Source: Utricularia gibba (lineage: Eukaryota; Plantae; Magnoliophyta). From it: a stretch of DNA of 64,000 bases. Each line of letters starts with the position of its first letter. The first letter of the stretch is position 1. Both the position numbers and the translations under genes were made by a program. The notes under the pieces were generated by a model, which was not told where the DNA came from, made no database searches, and worked only from the letters and a program-made list of their open reading frames with translations. Where the stretch lies: assembly GCA_002189035.1 (NCBI GenBank), contig NEEC01000033.1, forward strand, positions 7,290-71,289, read 5' to 3'. Below, piece by piece: positions 9,501 through 24,500 of this stretch.

Positions 9501-12500
9501 GCGATCAAGATGGAAAAAAGTCACATGTTACATCATGAATTTCGTGGCATCACTTATCCCAACACTATTATACTCCAGGTACGCAAAAATGTTTACTTTT
9601 AACGAATCCAGTGCACGTGTGATTTTTAGGCTGCACCCCGAATGGTGATGCGCAATGAAATGACTAGTCGCACATCCTGGTCCACGAAGCACCTCTTCCA
9701 AAACATGCAGATCCTAACTCTTCATAGCACACCATTGGGAAGCCCGATTCGAGCTCCAAGTAGTATAATTTGGAGTTTCGTTTGTCCGATAACTGTGGAC
9801 ATATTAAAAACAAACCACAACGAAAAGTGTCTTACGTGTCCTTCCTTGGTGGCTGCGTTTAATATTGTGCTTCTCGTTCTCGAAATTGATGCAAAAGATA
9901 CACGGCAAAAGAATCAAATAGCCACTAGAGACATGGTGTATGGGAATGGTGCATCAAGAATCAGAAGTATCATGGCAACTAATTGAATCAATCAACAGCC
10001 AAACATATGGTGTCAAACTTCATCGGATATGCGATCAAGATGGAAAAAAGTCACATGTTACATCATGAATTTCGTGGCATCACTTATCCCAACACTATTA
10101 TACTCAGGTATGCAAAATGTTTACTTTTAACGAATCCAGTGCACGTGTGATTTTTAGGCTGCACCCCGAATGGTGATGCGCAATGAAATGACTAGTCGCA
10201 CATCCTGGTCCACGAAGCACCTCTTCCAAAACATGCAGATCCTAACTCTTCATAGCACACCATTGGGAAGCCCGATTCGAGCTCCAAGTAGTATAATTTG
10301 GAGTTTCGTTTGTCCGATAACTGTGGACATATTAAAAACAAACCACAACGAAAAGTGTCTTACGTGTCCTTCCTTGGTGGCTGCGTTTAATATTGTGCTT
10401 CTCGTTCTCGAAATTGATGCAAACAAGATACACGGCAAAAGAATCAAATAGCCACTAGAGACATGGTGTATGGGAATGGTGCATCAAGAATCAGAAGTAT
10501 CATGGCAACTAATTGAATCAATCAACAGCCAAAACATATGGTGTCAAACTTCATCGGATATGCGATCAAGATGGAAAAAAGTCACATGTTACATCATGAA
10601 TTTCGTGGCATCACTTATCCCAACACTATTATACTCCAGGTACGCAAAAATGTTTACTTTTAACGAATCCAGTGCACGTGTGATTTTTAGGCTGCACCCC
10701 GAATGGTGATGCGCAATGAAATGACTAGGTCGCACATCCTGGTCCACGAAGCACCTCTTCCAAAACATGCAGATCCTAACTCTTCATAGCACACCATTGG
10801 GAAGCCCGATTCGAGCTCCAAGTAGTATAATTTGGAGTTTCGTTTGTCCGATAACTGTGGACATATTAAAAACAAACCACAACGAAAAGTGTCTTACGTG
10901 TCCTTCCTTGGTGGCTGCGTTTAATATTGTGCTTCTCGTTCTCGAAATTGATGCAAAAGATACACGGCAAAAGAATCAAATAGCCACTAGAGACATGGTG
11001 TATGGGAATGGTGCATCAAGAATCAGAAGTATCATGGCAACTAATTGAATCAATCAACAGCCAAAACATATGGTGTCAAACTTCATCGGATATGCGATCA
11101 AGATGGAAAAAAGTCACATGTTACATCATGAATTTCGTGGCATCACTTATCCCAACACTATTATACTCCAGGTACGCAAAAATGTTTACTTTTAACGAAT
11201 CCAGTGCACGTGTGATTTTTAGGCTGCACCCCGAATGGTGATGCGCAATGAAATGACTAGGTCGCACATCCTGGTCCACGAAGCACCTCTTCCAAAACAT
11301 GCAGATCCTAACTCTTCATAGCACACCATTGGGAAGCCCGATTCGAGCTCCAAGTAGTATAATTTGGAGTTTCGTTTGTCCGATAACTGTGGACATATTA
11401 AAAACAAACCACAACGAAAAGTGTCTTACGTGTCCTTCCTTGGTGGCTGCGTTTAATATTGTGCTTCTCGTTCTCGAAATTGATGCAAACAAGATACACG
11501 GCAAAAGAATCAAATAGCCACTAGAGACATGGTGTATGGGAATGGTGCATCAAGAATCAGAAGTATCATGCAACTAATTGATCAATCAACAGCCAAAACA
11601 TATGGTGTCAAACTTCATCGGATATGCGATCAAGATGGAAAAAAGTCACATGTTACATCATGAATTTCGTGGCATCACTTATCCCAACACTATTATACTC
11701 CAGGTACGCAAAAATGTTTACTTTTAACGAATCCAGTGCACGTGTGATTTTTAGGCTGCACCCCGAATGGTGATGCGCAATGAAATGACTAGTCGCACAT
11801 CCTGGTCCACGAAGCACCTCTTCCAAAACATGCAGATCCTAACTCTTCATAGCACACCATTGGGAAGCCCGATTCGAGCTCCAAGTAGTATAATTTGGAG
11901 TTTCGTTTGTCCGATAACTGTGGACATATTAAAAACAAACCACAACGAAAAGTGTCTTACGTGTCCTTCCTTGGTGGCTGCGTTTAATATTGTGCTTCTC
12001 GTTCTCGAAATTGATGCAAACAAGATACACGGCAAAAGAATCAAATAGCCACTAGAGACATGGTGTATGGGAATGGTGCATCAAGAATCAGAAGTATCAT
12101 GGCAACTAATTGAATCAATCAACAGCCAAAACATATGGTGTCAAACTTCATCGGATATGCGATCAAGATGGAAAAAAGTCACATGTTACATCATGAATTT
12201 CGTGGCATCACTTATCCCAACACTATTATACTCCAGGTACGCAAAAATGTTTACTTTTAACGAATCCAGTGCACGTGTGATTTTTAGGCTGCACCCCGAA
12301 TGGTGATGCGCAATGAAATGACTAGGTCGCACATCCTGGTCCACGAAGCACCTCTTCCAAAACATGCAGATCCTAACTCTTCATAGCACACCATTGGGAA
12401 GCCCGATTCGAGCTCCAAGTAGTATAATTTGGAGTTTCGTTTGTCCGATAACTGTGGACATATTAAAAACAAACCACAACGAAAAGTGTCTTACGTGTCC

Positions 12501-14084
12501 TTCCTTGGTGGCTGCGTTTAATATTGTGCTTCTCGTTCTCGAAATTGATGCAAAAGATACACGGAAAAGAATCAAATAGCCACTAGAGACATGGTGTATG
12601 GGAATGGTGCATCAAGAATCAGAAGTATCATGCAACTAATTGATCAATCAACAGCCAAAACATATGGTGTCAAACTTCATCGGATATGCGATCAAGATGG
12701 AAAAAAGTCACATGTTACATCATGAATTTCGTGGCATCACTTATCCCAACACTGGTATACTTTTAACGGTGCACGTGCTGCACCCCGAATGGTGATGCGC
12801 AATGAAATGACTATCGCACATCCTGGTCCACGAAGCACCTCTTCCAAAACATGCAGATGTCCCATTCGAAAGTAGTATACGTTTGTCCATAACACATATT
12901 AAAAACAAACCACAACGAAAAGTGTCTTACGTGTCCTTCCTTGGTGGCTGCGTTTAATATTGTGCTTCTCGTTCTCGAAATTGATGCAAATACACGGCAA
13001 AAGAATCAAATAGCCACTAGAGACATGGTGTATGGGAATGGTGCATCAAGAATCAGAAGTATCATGGCAACTAATTGCAATCAATATGGTGTCAAACTTC
13101 ATCGGATATGCGATCAAGATGGAAAAAAGTCACATGTTACATCATGAATTTCGTGGCATCACTTATCCCAACACTATTATACAGGTACGCAAAATGTTTA
13201 CTTTTAACGAATCCAGTGCACGTGTGATTTTTAGGCTGCACCCCGAATGGTGATGCGCAATGAAATGACTAGTCGCACATCCTGGTTCTTCCAAAACATG
13301 CAGATCCTAACTCTTCATAGCACACCATTGGGAAGCCCGATTCGAGCTCCAAGTAGTATAATTTGGAGTTTCGTTTGTCCGATAACTGTGGACATATTAA
13401 AAAAAACCACAACGAAAAGTGTCTTACGTGTCCTTCCTTGGTGGCTGCGTTTAATATTGTGCTTCTCGTTCTCGAAATTGATGCAAGATACACGGCAAAA
13501 GAATCAAATAGCCACTAGAGACATGGTGTATGGGAATGGTGCATCAAGAATCAGAAGTATCATGGCAACTAATTGATCAATCAACAGCCAAAAATATGGT
13601 GTCAAACTTCATCGGATATGCGATCAAGATGGAAAAAAGTCACATGTTACATCATGAATTTCGTGGCATCACTTATCCCAACACTATTATACTCCAGGTA
13701 CGCAAAAATGTTTACTTTTAACGAATCCAGTGCACGTGTGATTTTTAGGCTGCACCCCGAATGGTGATGCGCAATGAAATGACTATCGCACATCCTGGTC
13801 CACGAAGCACCTCTTCCAAAACATGCAGATCTAACTCTTCATAGCACACCATTGGGAAGCCCGATTCGAGCTCCACATAACTGTGGACATGAAAAGACAA
13901 TAAAATTGATGCATACTCAACCACTAGAGACATGGTGTATGGGAATGGTGCATCAAGAATCAGAAGTATCATGGCAACTAATTGAATCAATCAACAGCCA
14001 AAACATATGGTGTCAAACTTCATCGGATATGCGATCAAGATGGAAAAAAGTCACATGTTACATCATGAATTTCGTGGCATCACT

Positions 14085-16640
14085 GGTACGCCGAATTTCT
14101 TGTGATGCGCAAAAATGACTATTTGGTCTCGTCGCACACCATCCATAACGTATAAACATATTAAAAACAAACCACAACGAAAAGTGTCTTACGTGTCCTT
14201 CCTTGGTGGCTGCGTTTAATAAAATTGATGCTACACGGCAAAAGAATCAAATAGCCACTAGAGACATGGTGTATGGGAATGGTGCATCAAGAATCAGAAG
14301 TATCAACTCAATCAACATACATTCATCGGCGATCAAGCACATGTTACATCATGAATTTCGTGGCATCACGGTAACTATCTGCACGTGTCTGTGGTGATGC
14401 GCAATGAAATGACCGCACATCCTGGTTCTTCCATGCAGATGTTGGGAAGCCCGATTCGAGCTCCAAGTAGTATAATTTGGAGTTTCGTTTGTCCGATAAC
14501 TGTGGACATATTAAAAACAAACCACAACGAAAAGTGTCTTACGTGTCAATCAACAAAATTCGTGTCATCATCTATCATCGGTATGCGGATCGGATGGAAA
14601 AAAGTCACATGTTACATCATGAATTTCGTGGCATCACTTATCCCAACACTATTCCTAGAACTGCAATGGTGAAATGTTAACATCAACAGCAATCCAGTGC
14701 ACGTGTCAAACTGCATGAATGGTGAATGCGAACAATATGTCACATCAACACATCAGGTCGGCATCCACATCATCATCCAACTTATCTATTATACTCCAGG
14801 TACGCAAAAATGTTTACTTTTAACGAATCCAGTGCACGTGTGATTTTTAGGCTGCACCCCGAATGGTGATGCGCAATGAAATGACTACGCACATCATCTG
14901 GGCACAGCCCGATTCGAGCTCCAAGTAGTATAATTTGGAGTTTCGTTTGTCCGTGGACATATTAAAAACAAACCACAACGAAAAGTGTCTTACGTGTCCT
15001 TCCTTGGTGGCTGCGTTTAATAATTTGCTCTCGTTCATCCATATGGGTACACTTCATTAAAAGCACAACCACCAGAGACGTGTGCTCTGTGGTGATGTCC
15101 TTGGTGATGCGGTATATGCAAACTAGAAAAGTGTCTTACGTGTCCTTCCTTGGTGGCTGCGTTTAATATTGAACAAATACACGGCAAAAGAATCAAATAG
15201 CCACTAGAGACATGGTGTATGGGAATGGTGCATCAAGAATCAGAAGTATCATGGCAACTAATTGCAATCAATATGGTGTCAAACTTCATCGGATATGCGA
15301 TCAAGATGGAAAAAAGTCACATGTTACATCATGAATTTCGTGGCATCACTTATCCCAACACTATTATACTCCAGGTACGCAAAAATGTTTACTTTTAACG
15401 AATCCAGTGCACGTGTGATTTTTAGGCTGCACCCCGAATGGTGATGCGCAATGAAATGACTATCGCACATCCTGGTCCACGAAGCACCTCTTCCAAAACA
15501 TGCAGATGCTTTCTGTCATCTGTGGATGCCAGGTACGCAAAAACATGTTTTTGAATGGCAAACGTGCTTCATGTGGTGATAATGAAATGATTCAGTCATC
15601 ATCATTATCATGGCAACTGGGCAAACATCGGAATGCCCACATGTTACAGAAATGCACTTTTAACGAATCCAGTGCACGTGTGATTTTTCTGCTGGTGATG
15701 CGCAATGAAATGACTAGTCGCACATCCTGGTCCACGAAGCACCTCTTCCAAAACATGCAGATCCTAACTCTTCATAGCACACCATTGGGAAGCCCTATTC
15801 GTGCTCCAAGTAGTATAATTTGGAGTTACGTTTGTCCCACGTGTGTAATAATGTGCAAATTGATGCACACGGCAAAAGAATCAAATAGCCACTAGAGACA
15901 TGGTGTATGGGAATGGTGTCAAGAATCAGAAGTATCATGGCAACTAATTGGCCAAAACATATCAAACTTCATCGGATATGCGATCAACACATGTTACATC
16001 ATGAATTTCGTGGCAAGGTACGCAAAACTTTTAACGAATCCAGTCACGTGTCTGCAAATGGTGATGCGCAATGAAATGACTATCGCACATCCTGGTCCAC
16101 GAAGCAGCAGATCAACTCTTCATAGCACACCATTGGGAAGATTCGTGCTCCAACATAACTTGGACATATTAAAAACAAACCACAACGAAAAGTGTCTTAA
16201 ATGTGCAAATTGATGCACACGGCAAAAGAATCAAATATAGAGACATCATCTCAGAAGTATCATGGCAACTAATTGCATCAATCAACAGTAAGGATATGAT
16301 CAAGATGGAAAAAAGTCACATGTTACATCATGAATTTCGTGGCATGGTACGGTACTTTTAACGAATCCAGTGCACGTGTGATTTTTAGGCTGCAAATGGT
16401 GATGCGCAATGAAATGAGTCGCACATCCTGGTCCACGAAGCACCTCTTCCAAAACATGCAGATGCACACCATTTTCGTGTCATAACTGTGGACATATTAA
16501 AAACAAACCACAACGAAAAGTGTCTTACGTGTCCTTCCTTGGTGGCTGCGTTTAATGTGCAAATTGATGCAAGATACACGGAAAAGAATCAAATATAGAG
16601 ACACATCAAGAATTATCATGCAACTAATTGATCAATTTCA
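14085..16640 (+). other. Degenerate/scrambled monomer zone (probable consensus artefact)
   Basis: Short monomer fragments joined out of register, with many deletions. No recognisable non-monomer element. Confidence 0.7.
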
Positions 16641-19600
16641 AACTTCATCGGATATGCGATCAAGATGGAAAAAAGTCACATGTTACATCATGAATTTCGT
16701 GGCATCACTTATCCCAACACTATTATACTCCAGGTACGCAAAAATGTTTACTTTTAACGAATCCAGTGCACGTGTGATTTTTAGGCTGCACCCCGAATGG
16801 TGATGCGCAATGAAATGACTAGGTCGCACATCCTGGTCCACGAAGCACCTCTTCCAAAACATGCAGATCCTAACTCTTCATAGCACACCATTGGGAAGCC
16901 CGATTCGAGCTCCAAGTAGTATAATTTGGAGTTTCGTTTGTCCATAACTGTGGACATATTAAAAACAAACCACAACGAAAAGTGTCTTACGTGTCCTTCC
17001 TTGGTGGCTGCGTTTAATATTGTGCTTCTCGTTCTCGAAATTGATGCAAAGATACACGGCAAAAGAATCAAATAGCCACTAGAGACATGGTGTATGGGAA
17101 TGGTGCATCAAGAATCAGAAGTATCATGGCAACTAATTGATCAATCAACAGCCAAAACATATGTGTCAAACTTCATCGGATATGCGATCAAGATGGAAAA
17201 AAGTCACATGTTACATCATGAATTTCGTGGCATCACTTATCCCAACACTATTATACTCCAGGTACGCAAAAATGTTTACTTTTAACGAATCCAGTGCACG
17301 TGTGATTTTTCGGCTGCACCCCGAATGGTGATGCGCAATGAAATGACTAGGTCGCACATCCTGGTCCACGAAGCACCTCTTCCAAAACATGCAGATGCTA
17401 ACTCTTCATAGCACACCATTGGGAAGCCCTATTCGTGCTCCAAGTAGTATAATTTGGAGTTACGTTTGTCCCATAACTGTGGACATATTAAAAACAAACC
17501 ACAACGAAAAGTGTCTTACGTGTCCTTCCTTGGTGGCTGCGTTTAATAATGTGCTTCTCGTTCTCGAAATTGATGCAAACAAGATACACGGCAAAAGAAT
17601 CAAATAGCCACTAGAGACATGGTGTATGGGAATGGTGCATCAAGAATCAGAAGTATCATGGCAACTAATTGCATCAATCAACAGCCAAAACATATGGTGT
17701 CAAACTTCATCGGATATGCGATCAAGATGGAAAAAAGTCACATGTTACATCATGAATTTCGTGGCATCACTTATCCCAACACTATTATACTCCAGGTACG
17801 CAAAAATGTTTACTTTTAACGAATCCAGTGCACGTGTGATTTTTAGGCTGCACCCCGAATGGTGATGCGCAATGAAATGACTAGGTCGCACATCCTGGTC
17901 CACGAAGCACCTCTTCCAAAACATGCAGATCCTAACTCTTCATAGCACACCATTGGGAAGCCCGATTCGAGCTCCAAGTAGTATAATTTGGAGTTTCGTT
18001 TGTCCGATAACTGTGGACATATTAAAAACAAACCACAACGAAAAGTGTCTTACGTGTCCTTCCTTGGTGGCTGCGTTTAATATTGTGCTTCTCGTTCTCG
18101 AAATTGATGCAAAGATACACGGCAAAAGAATCAAATAGCCACTAGAGACATGGTGTATGGGAATGGTGCATCAAGAATCAGAAGTATCATGGCAACTAAT
18201 TGCATCAATCAACAGCCAAAACATATGGTGTCAAACTTCATCGGATATGCGATCAAGATGGAAAAAAGTCACATGTTACATCATGAATTTCGTGGCATCA
18301 CTTATCCCAACACTATTATACTCCAGGTACGCAAAAATGTTTACTTTTAACGAATCCAGTGCACGTGTGATTTTTAGGCTGCACCCCGAATGGTGATGCG
18401 CAATGAAATGACTATGTCGCACATCCTGGTCCACGAAGCACCTCTTCCAAAACATGCAGATCCTAACTCTTCATAGCACACCATTGGGAAGCCCGATTCG
18501 AGCTCCAAGTAGTATAATTTGGAGTTACGTTTGTCCCATAACTGTGGACATATTAAAAACAAACCACAACGAAAAGTGTCTTACGTGTCCTTCCTTGGTG
18601 GCTGCGTTTAATAATGTGCTTCTCGTTCTCGAAATTGATGCAAAAAGATACACGGCAAAAGAATCAAATAGCCACTAGAGACATGGTGTATGGGAATGGT
18701 GCATCAAGAATCAGAAGTATCATGGCAACTAATTGAATCAATCAACAGCCAAAACATATGGTGTCAAACTTCATCGGATATGCGATCAAGATGGAAAAAA
18801 GTCACATGTTACATCATGAATTTCGTGGCATCACTTATCCCAACACTATTATACTCCAGGTACGCAAAAATGTTTACTTTTAACGAATCCAGTGCACGTG
18901 TGATTTTTCGGCTGCACCCCGAATGGTGATGCGCAATGAAATGACTATGTCGCACATCCTGGTCCACGAAGCACCTCTTCCAAAACATGCAGATGCTAAC
19001 TCTTCATAGCACACCATTGGGAAGCCCTATTCGTGCTCCAAGTAGTATAATTTGGAGTTACGTTTGTCCCATAACTGTGGACATATTAAAAACAAACCAC
19101 AACGAAAAGTGTCTTACGTGTCCTTCCTTGGTGGCTGCGTTTAATAATGTGCTTCTCGTTCTCGAAATTGATGCAAATGGGATACACGGCAAAAGAATCA
19201 AATAGCCACTAGAGACATGGTGTATGGGAATGGTGTATCAAGAATCAGAAGTATCATGGCAACTAATTGCATCAATCAACAGCCAAAACATATGGTGTCA
19301 AACTTCATCGGATATGCGATCAAGATGGAAAAAAGTCACATGTTACATCATGAATTTCGTGGCATCACTTATCCCAACACTATTATACTCCAGGTACGCA
19401 AAAATGTTTACTTTTAACGAATCCAGTGCACGTGTGATTTTTCGGCTGCACCCCGAATGGTGATGCGCAATGAAATGACTATGTCGCACATCCTGGTCCA
19501 CGAAGCACCTCTTCCAAAACATGCAGATGCTAACTCTTCATAGCACACCATTGGGAAGCCCTATTCGTGCTCCAAGTAGTATAATTTGGAGTTACGTTTG

Positions 19601-21519
19601 TCCCATAACTGTGGACATATTAAAAACAAACCACAACGAAAAGTGTCTTACGTGTCCTTCCTTGGTGGCTGCGTTTAATAATGTGCTTCTCGTTCTCGAA
19701 ATTGATGCAAATGGGATACACGGCAAAAGAATCAAATAGCCACTAGAGACATGGTGTATGGGAATGGTGTATCAAGAATCAGAAGTATCATGGCAACTAA
19801 TTGCATCAATCAACCCAAAACATATGGTGTCAAACTTCATCGGATATGCGATCAAGATGGAAAAAAGTCACATGTTACATCATGAATTTCGTGGCATCAC
19901 TTATCCCAACACTATTATACTCCAGGTACGCAAAAATGTTTACTTTTAACGAATCCAGTGCACGTGTGATTTTTGCAAACGCAATGAAATGAGTCGGTAT
20001 CGGTGCACGAAGATTTCTTCTGAACCGCACGGTTGCAGGCACACCATTGGGAAGCCCTATTCGTGCTCCAAGTAGTATAATTTGGAGTTACGTTTGTCCC
20101 ATAACTGTGGACATATTAAAAACAAACCACAACGAAAAGTGTCTTACGTGTCCTTCCTTGGTGGCTGCGTTTAATAATGTGCTTCTCGTTCTCGAAATTG
20201 ATGCAAACACGGCAAAAGAATCAAATAGCCACTAGAGACATGGTGTATGGGAATGGTGCATCAAGAATCAGAAGTATCATGCAACTAATTGCATCAATGC
20301 CAAAACATATGGTGTCAAACTTCATCGGATATGCGATCAAGATGGAAAAAAGTCACATGTTACATCATGAATTTCGTGGCATCACTTATCCCAACACTAT
20401 TATACTCCAGGTACGCAAAAATGTTTACTTTTAACGAATCCAGTGCACGTGTGATTTTTAGGCTGCACCCCGAATGGTGATGCGCAATGAAATGACTATG
20501 TCGCACATCCTGGTCCACGAAGCACCTCTTCCAAAACATGCAGATCCTAACTCTTCATAGCACACCATTGGGAAGCCCGATTCGAGCTCCAAGTAGTATA
20601 ATTTGGAGTTCGTTTGTCCCATAACTGTGGACATATTAAAAACAAACCACAACGAAAAGTGTCTTACGTGTCCTTCCTTGGTGGCTGCGTTTAATAATGT
20701 GCTTCTCGTTCTCGAAATTGATGCAAAGATACACGGCAAAAGAATCAAATAGCCACTAGAGACATGGTGTATGGGAATGGTGCATCAAGAATCAGAAGTA
20801 TCATGCAACTAATTGCATCAATCAACAGCCAAAACATATGGTGTCAAACTTCATCGGATATGCGATCAAGATGGAAAAAAGTCACATGTTACATCATGAA
20901 TTTCGTGGCATCACTTATCCCAACACTATTATACTCAGGTACGCAAAAATGTTTACTTTTAACGAATCCAGTGCACGTGTGATTTTTAGGCTGCACCCCG
21001 AATGGTGATGCGCAATGAAATGACTAGGTCGCACATCCTGGTCCACGAAGCACCTCTTCCAAAACATGCAGATCCTAACTCTTCATAGCACACCATTGGG
21101 AAGCCCGATTCGAGCTCCAAGTAGTATAATTTGGAGTTTCGTTTGTCCGATAACTGTGGACATATTAAAAACAAACCACAACGAAAAGTGTCTTACGTGT
21201 CCTTCCTTGGTGGCTGCGTTTAATATTGTGCTTCTCGTTCTCGAAATTGATGCAAGATACACGGCAAAAGAATCAAATAGCCACTAGAGACATGGCATCA
21301 AGAATCAGAAGTATCATGGCAACTAATTGAATCAATCAACTATGGTGTCAAACTTCATCGGATATGCGATCAAGATGGAAAAAAGTCACATGTTACATCA
21401 TGAAATCACTTATCCCAACACTATTATACTCCAGGTACGCAAAAATGTTTACTTTTAACGAATCCAGTGCACGTGTGATTTTTAGGCTGCACCCCGAATG
21501 GTGATGCGCAATGAAATGA

Positions 21520-24500
21520 CTACGTCACGAAGCACCTGGTGGCTTCGCTCCAAGTAGTCCGATAACTGTGGACATGCTTACAATAAACAAACACGCACCA
21601 CTAGAGACATCATCAAGAATCAGAAGTATCATGGCAGATGCTAACTATTATATCCACATGGTATCAGCCCGAATCCAGTGCACGTGTGATTTTTAGGCTG
21701 CACCCGAATGGTGATGCGCAATGAAATGACTAGTCGCACATCCTGGTCCACGAAGCACCTCTTCCAAAACATGCAGATCCTAACTCTTCATAGCACACCA
21801 TTGGGAAGCCCGATTCGAGCTCCAAGTAGTATAATTTGGAGTTTCGTTTGTCCGATAACTGTGGACATATTAAAAACAAACCACAACGAAAAGTGTCTTA
21901 CGTGTCCTTCCTTGGTGGCTGCGTTTAATATTGTGCTTCTCGTTCTCGAAATTGATGCTACACGGCAAAAGAATCAAATAGCGAGACATGGTCATCAAGA
22001 ATCAGAAGTATGCAACTAATTGCATCAATCATATGGTGTCAAACTTCATCGGATATGCGATCAAGATGGAAAAAAGTCACATGTTACATCATGAATCGGT
22101 ACGCAAAAATGTTTACTTTTAACGAATCCAGTGCACGTGTGATTTTTAGGCTGCACCCCGAATGGTGATGCGCAATGAAATGACTATTATCAAGGATCAG
22201 GTAGCTCCAAGCAAACTGTGGACATGCTTACGAACAACCAGTCAAATATAGTGGTCACCGGCTGCACCCGAATCATGCGCAATGAAATGTAACATGTTAC
22301 ATCATGTTTATTCGTGGCATCACATATTATGTCTTACGTGTCCTTCCTTGGTGGCTGCGTTTAATAATGTGCTTCTCGTTCTCGAAATTGATGCAAATAT
22401 CAAATAGCCACTAGAGACATCCAGGTAGCAAAAATGAGACGATTGGAACGCCACGTGTGATTTTCAGGCTGCACCCCAAATGCGCAATGAAATGACTATG
22501 TCGCACATCCTGACGAAGCACCTCTTCCAAAACATGCAGACTAACTCTTCATAGCACACCATTGGGAAGCCCTATTCGTGCTCCAAGTAGTATAATTGGA
22601 GTTACGTTTGTCCCACATATTAAAAACAAACCACAACGAAAAGTGTCTTACGTGTCCTTCCTTGGTGGCTGCGTTTAATAATGTGCATTGATTTTCAAAC
22701 CACTAGAGACATGGTGTATGGAATGGTGTATCATCACTTACATCAATCAACAGTATGGTGTCAAACTTCATCTATGCGATCAAGATGGAAAAAAGTCACA
22801 TGTTACATCATGAATTTCGTGGCATCACTTATCCCAACACTATTATACTCCAGGTACGCAAAAATGTTTACTTTTAACGAATCCAGTGCACGTGTGATTT
22901 TTAAATGGTGATGCACAAGAATCTTCCAAAACATGCAGATGCTAACTCTTCATAGCACACCATTGGGAAGCAAAGTAGTATAATTTGGAGTTACGTTTGT
23001 CCCATAACTGTGGACATATTAAAAACAAACCACAACGAAAAGTGTCTTACGTGTCCTTCCTTGGTGGCTGCGTTTAATAATGTGCTTCTCGTTCTCGAAA
23101 TTGATGCAAATGGGATACACGGCAAAAGAATCAAATAGCCACTAGAGACATGGTGTATGGGAATGGTGTATCAAGAATCAGAAGTATCATGGCAACTAAT
23201 TGCATCAATCAACAGCCAAAACATATGGTGTCAAACTTCATCGGATATGCGATCAAGATGGAAAAAAGTCACATGTTACATCATGAATTTCGTGGCATCA
23301 CTTATCCCAACACTATTATACTCCAGGTACGCAAAAATGTTTACTTTTAACGAATCCAGTGCACGTGTGATTTTTAGGCTGCACCCCGAATGGTGATGCG
23401 CAATGAAATGACTATGTCGCACATCCTGGTCCACGAAGCACCTCTTCCAAAACATGCAGATCTAACTCTTCATAGCACACCATTGGGAAGCCCTATTCGT
23501 GCTCCAAGTAGTATAATTTGGAGTTTCGTTATTAAAAACAAACCACAACGAAAAGTGTCTTACGTGTCCTTCCTTGGTGGCTGCGTTTAATAATGTGCTT
23601 CTCGTTCTCGAAATTGATGCAAATATTCAAATAACTCCACAAACATGAAAAGCATGTCAAACTTCACGTGTCCACACATCATTGATCACTTATCCCAACA
23701 CTATTATACACCAGGCTGCGTTTAATGGTGATTGCTTCTCGTTCTCGAAATTGCATGCATTCGTGCTCCAAGTAGTATAATTGGAGTTACGTTTGTCCCA
23801 TAACTGACATATTAAAAACAAACCACAACGAAAAGTGTCTTACGTGTCCTTCCTTGGTGGCTGCGTTTAATAATGAAATTGATGCAAATAGTCACTAGAG
23901 ACATGGTGTATGGGAATGGTGTATCAAGAATCAGAAGTATCATGGCAACTAATTGATCAATCAACAGCCAAAACATATGGTGTCAAACTTCATCGGATAT
24001 GCGATCAAGATGGAAAAAAGTCACATGTTACATCATGAATTTCGTGGCATCACTTATCCCAACACTATTATACTCCAGGTACGCAAAAATGTTTACTTTT
24101 AACGAATCCAGTGCACGTGTGATTTTTAGGCTGCACCCCGAATGGTGATGCGCAATGAAATGACTATGTCGCACATCCTGGAAGCACCTCTTCCAAAACA
24201 TGCAGATGCTAACTCTTCATAGCACACCATTGGGAAGCCCTATTCGTGCTCCAAGTAGTATAATTTGGAGTTACGTTTGTCCCATAACTGTGGACATATT
24301 AAAAACAAACCACAACGAAAAGTGTCTTACGTGTCCTTCCTTGGTGGCTGCGTTTAATAATGTGCTTCTCGTTCTCGAAATTGATGCAAAGATACACGGC
24401 AAAAGAATCAAATAGCCACTAGAGACATGGTGTATGGGAATGGTGTATCAAGAATCAGAAGTATCATGGCAACTAATTGAATCAATCAACAGGCAAAAGC

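Larger units (their letters stand above)
1..12750 (+). repeat. Subfamily-A domain (~24 monomers), near-identical copies
   Basis: Copies carry A alleles and differ almost only by 1-2-bp deletions. ORF translations in the track are identical (MQILTLHS..., ...WSFVCP..., ...FNIVLL...). Confidence 0.93.

Noticed and set aside
2420-12560. 7-monomer HOR in domain A (same 2-bp deletion in copies 5, 12 and 19)
   Set aside because: The deletion also occurs in copies 18, 21 and 24, other variants are not in phase, and it sits on a conflict-prone diagnostic site.
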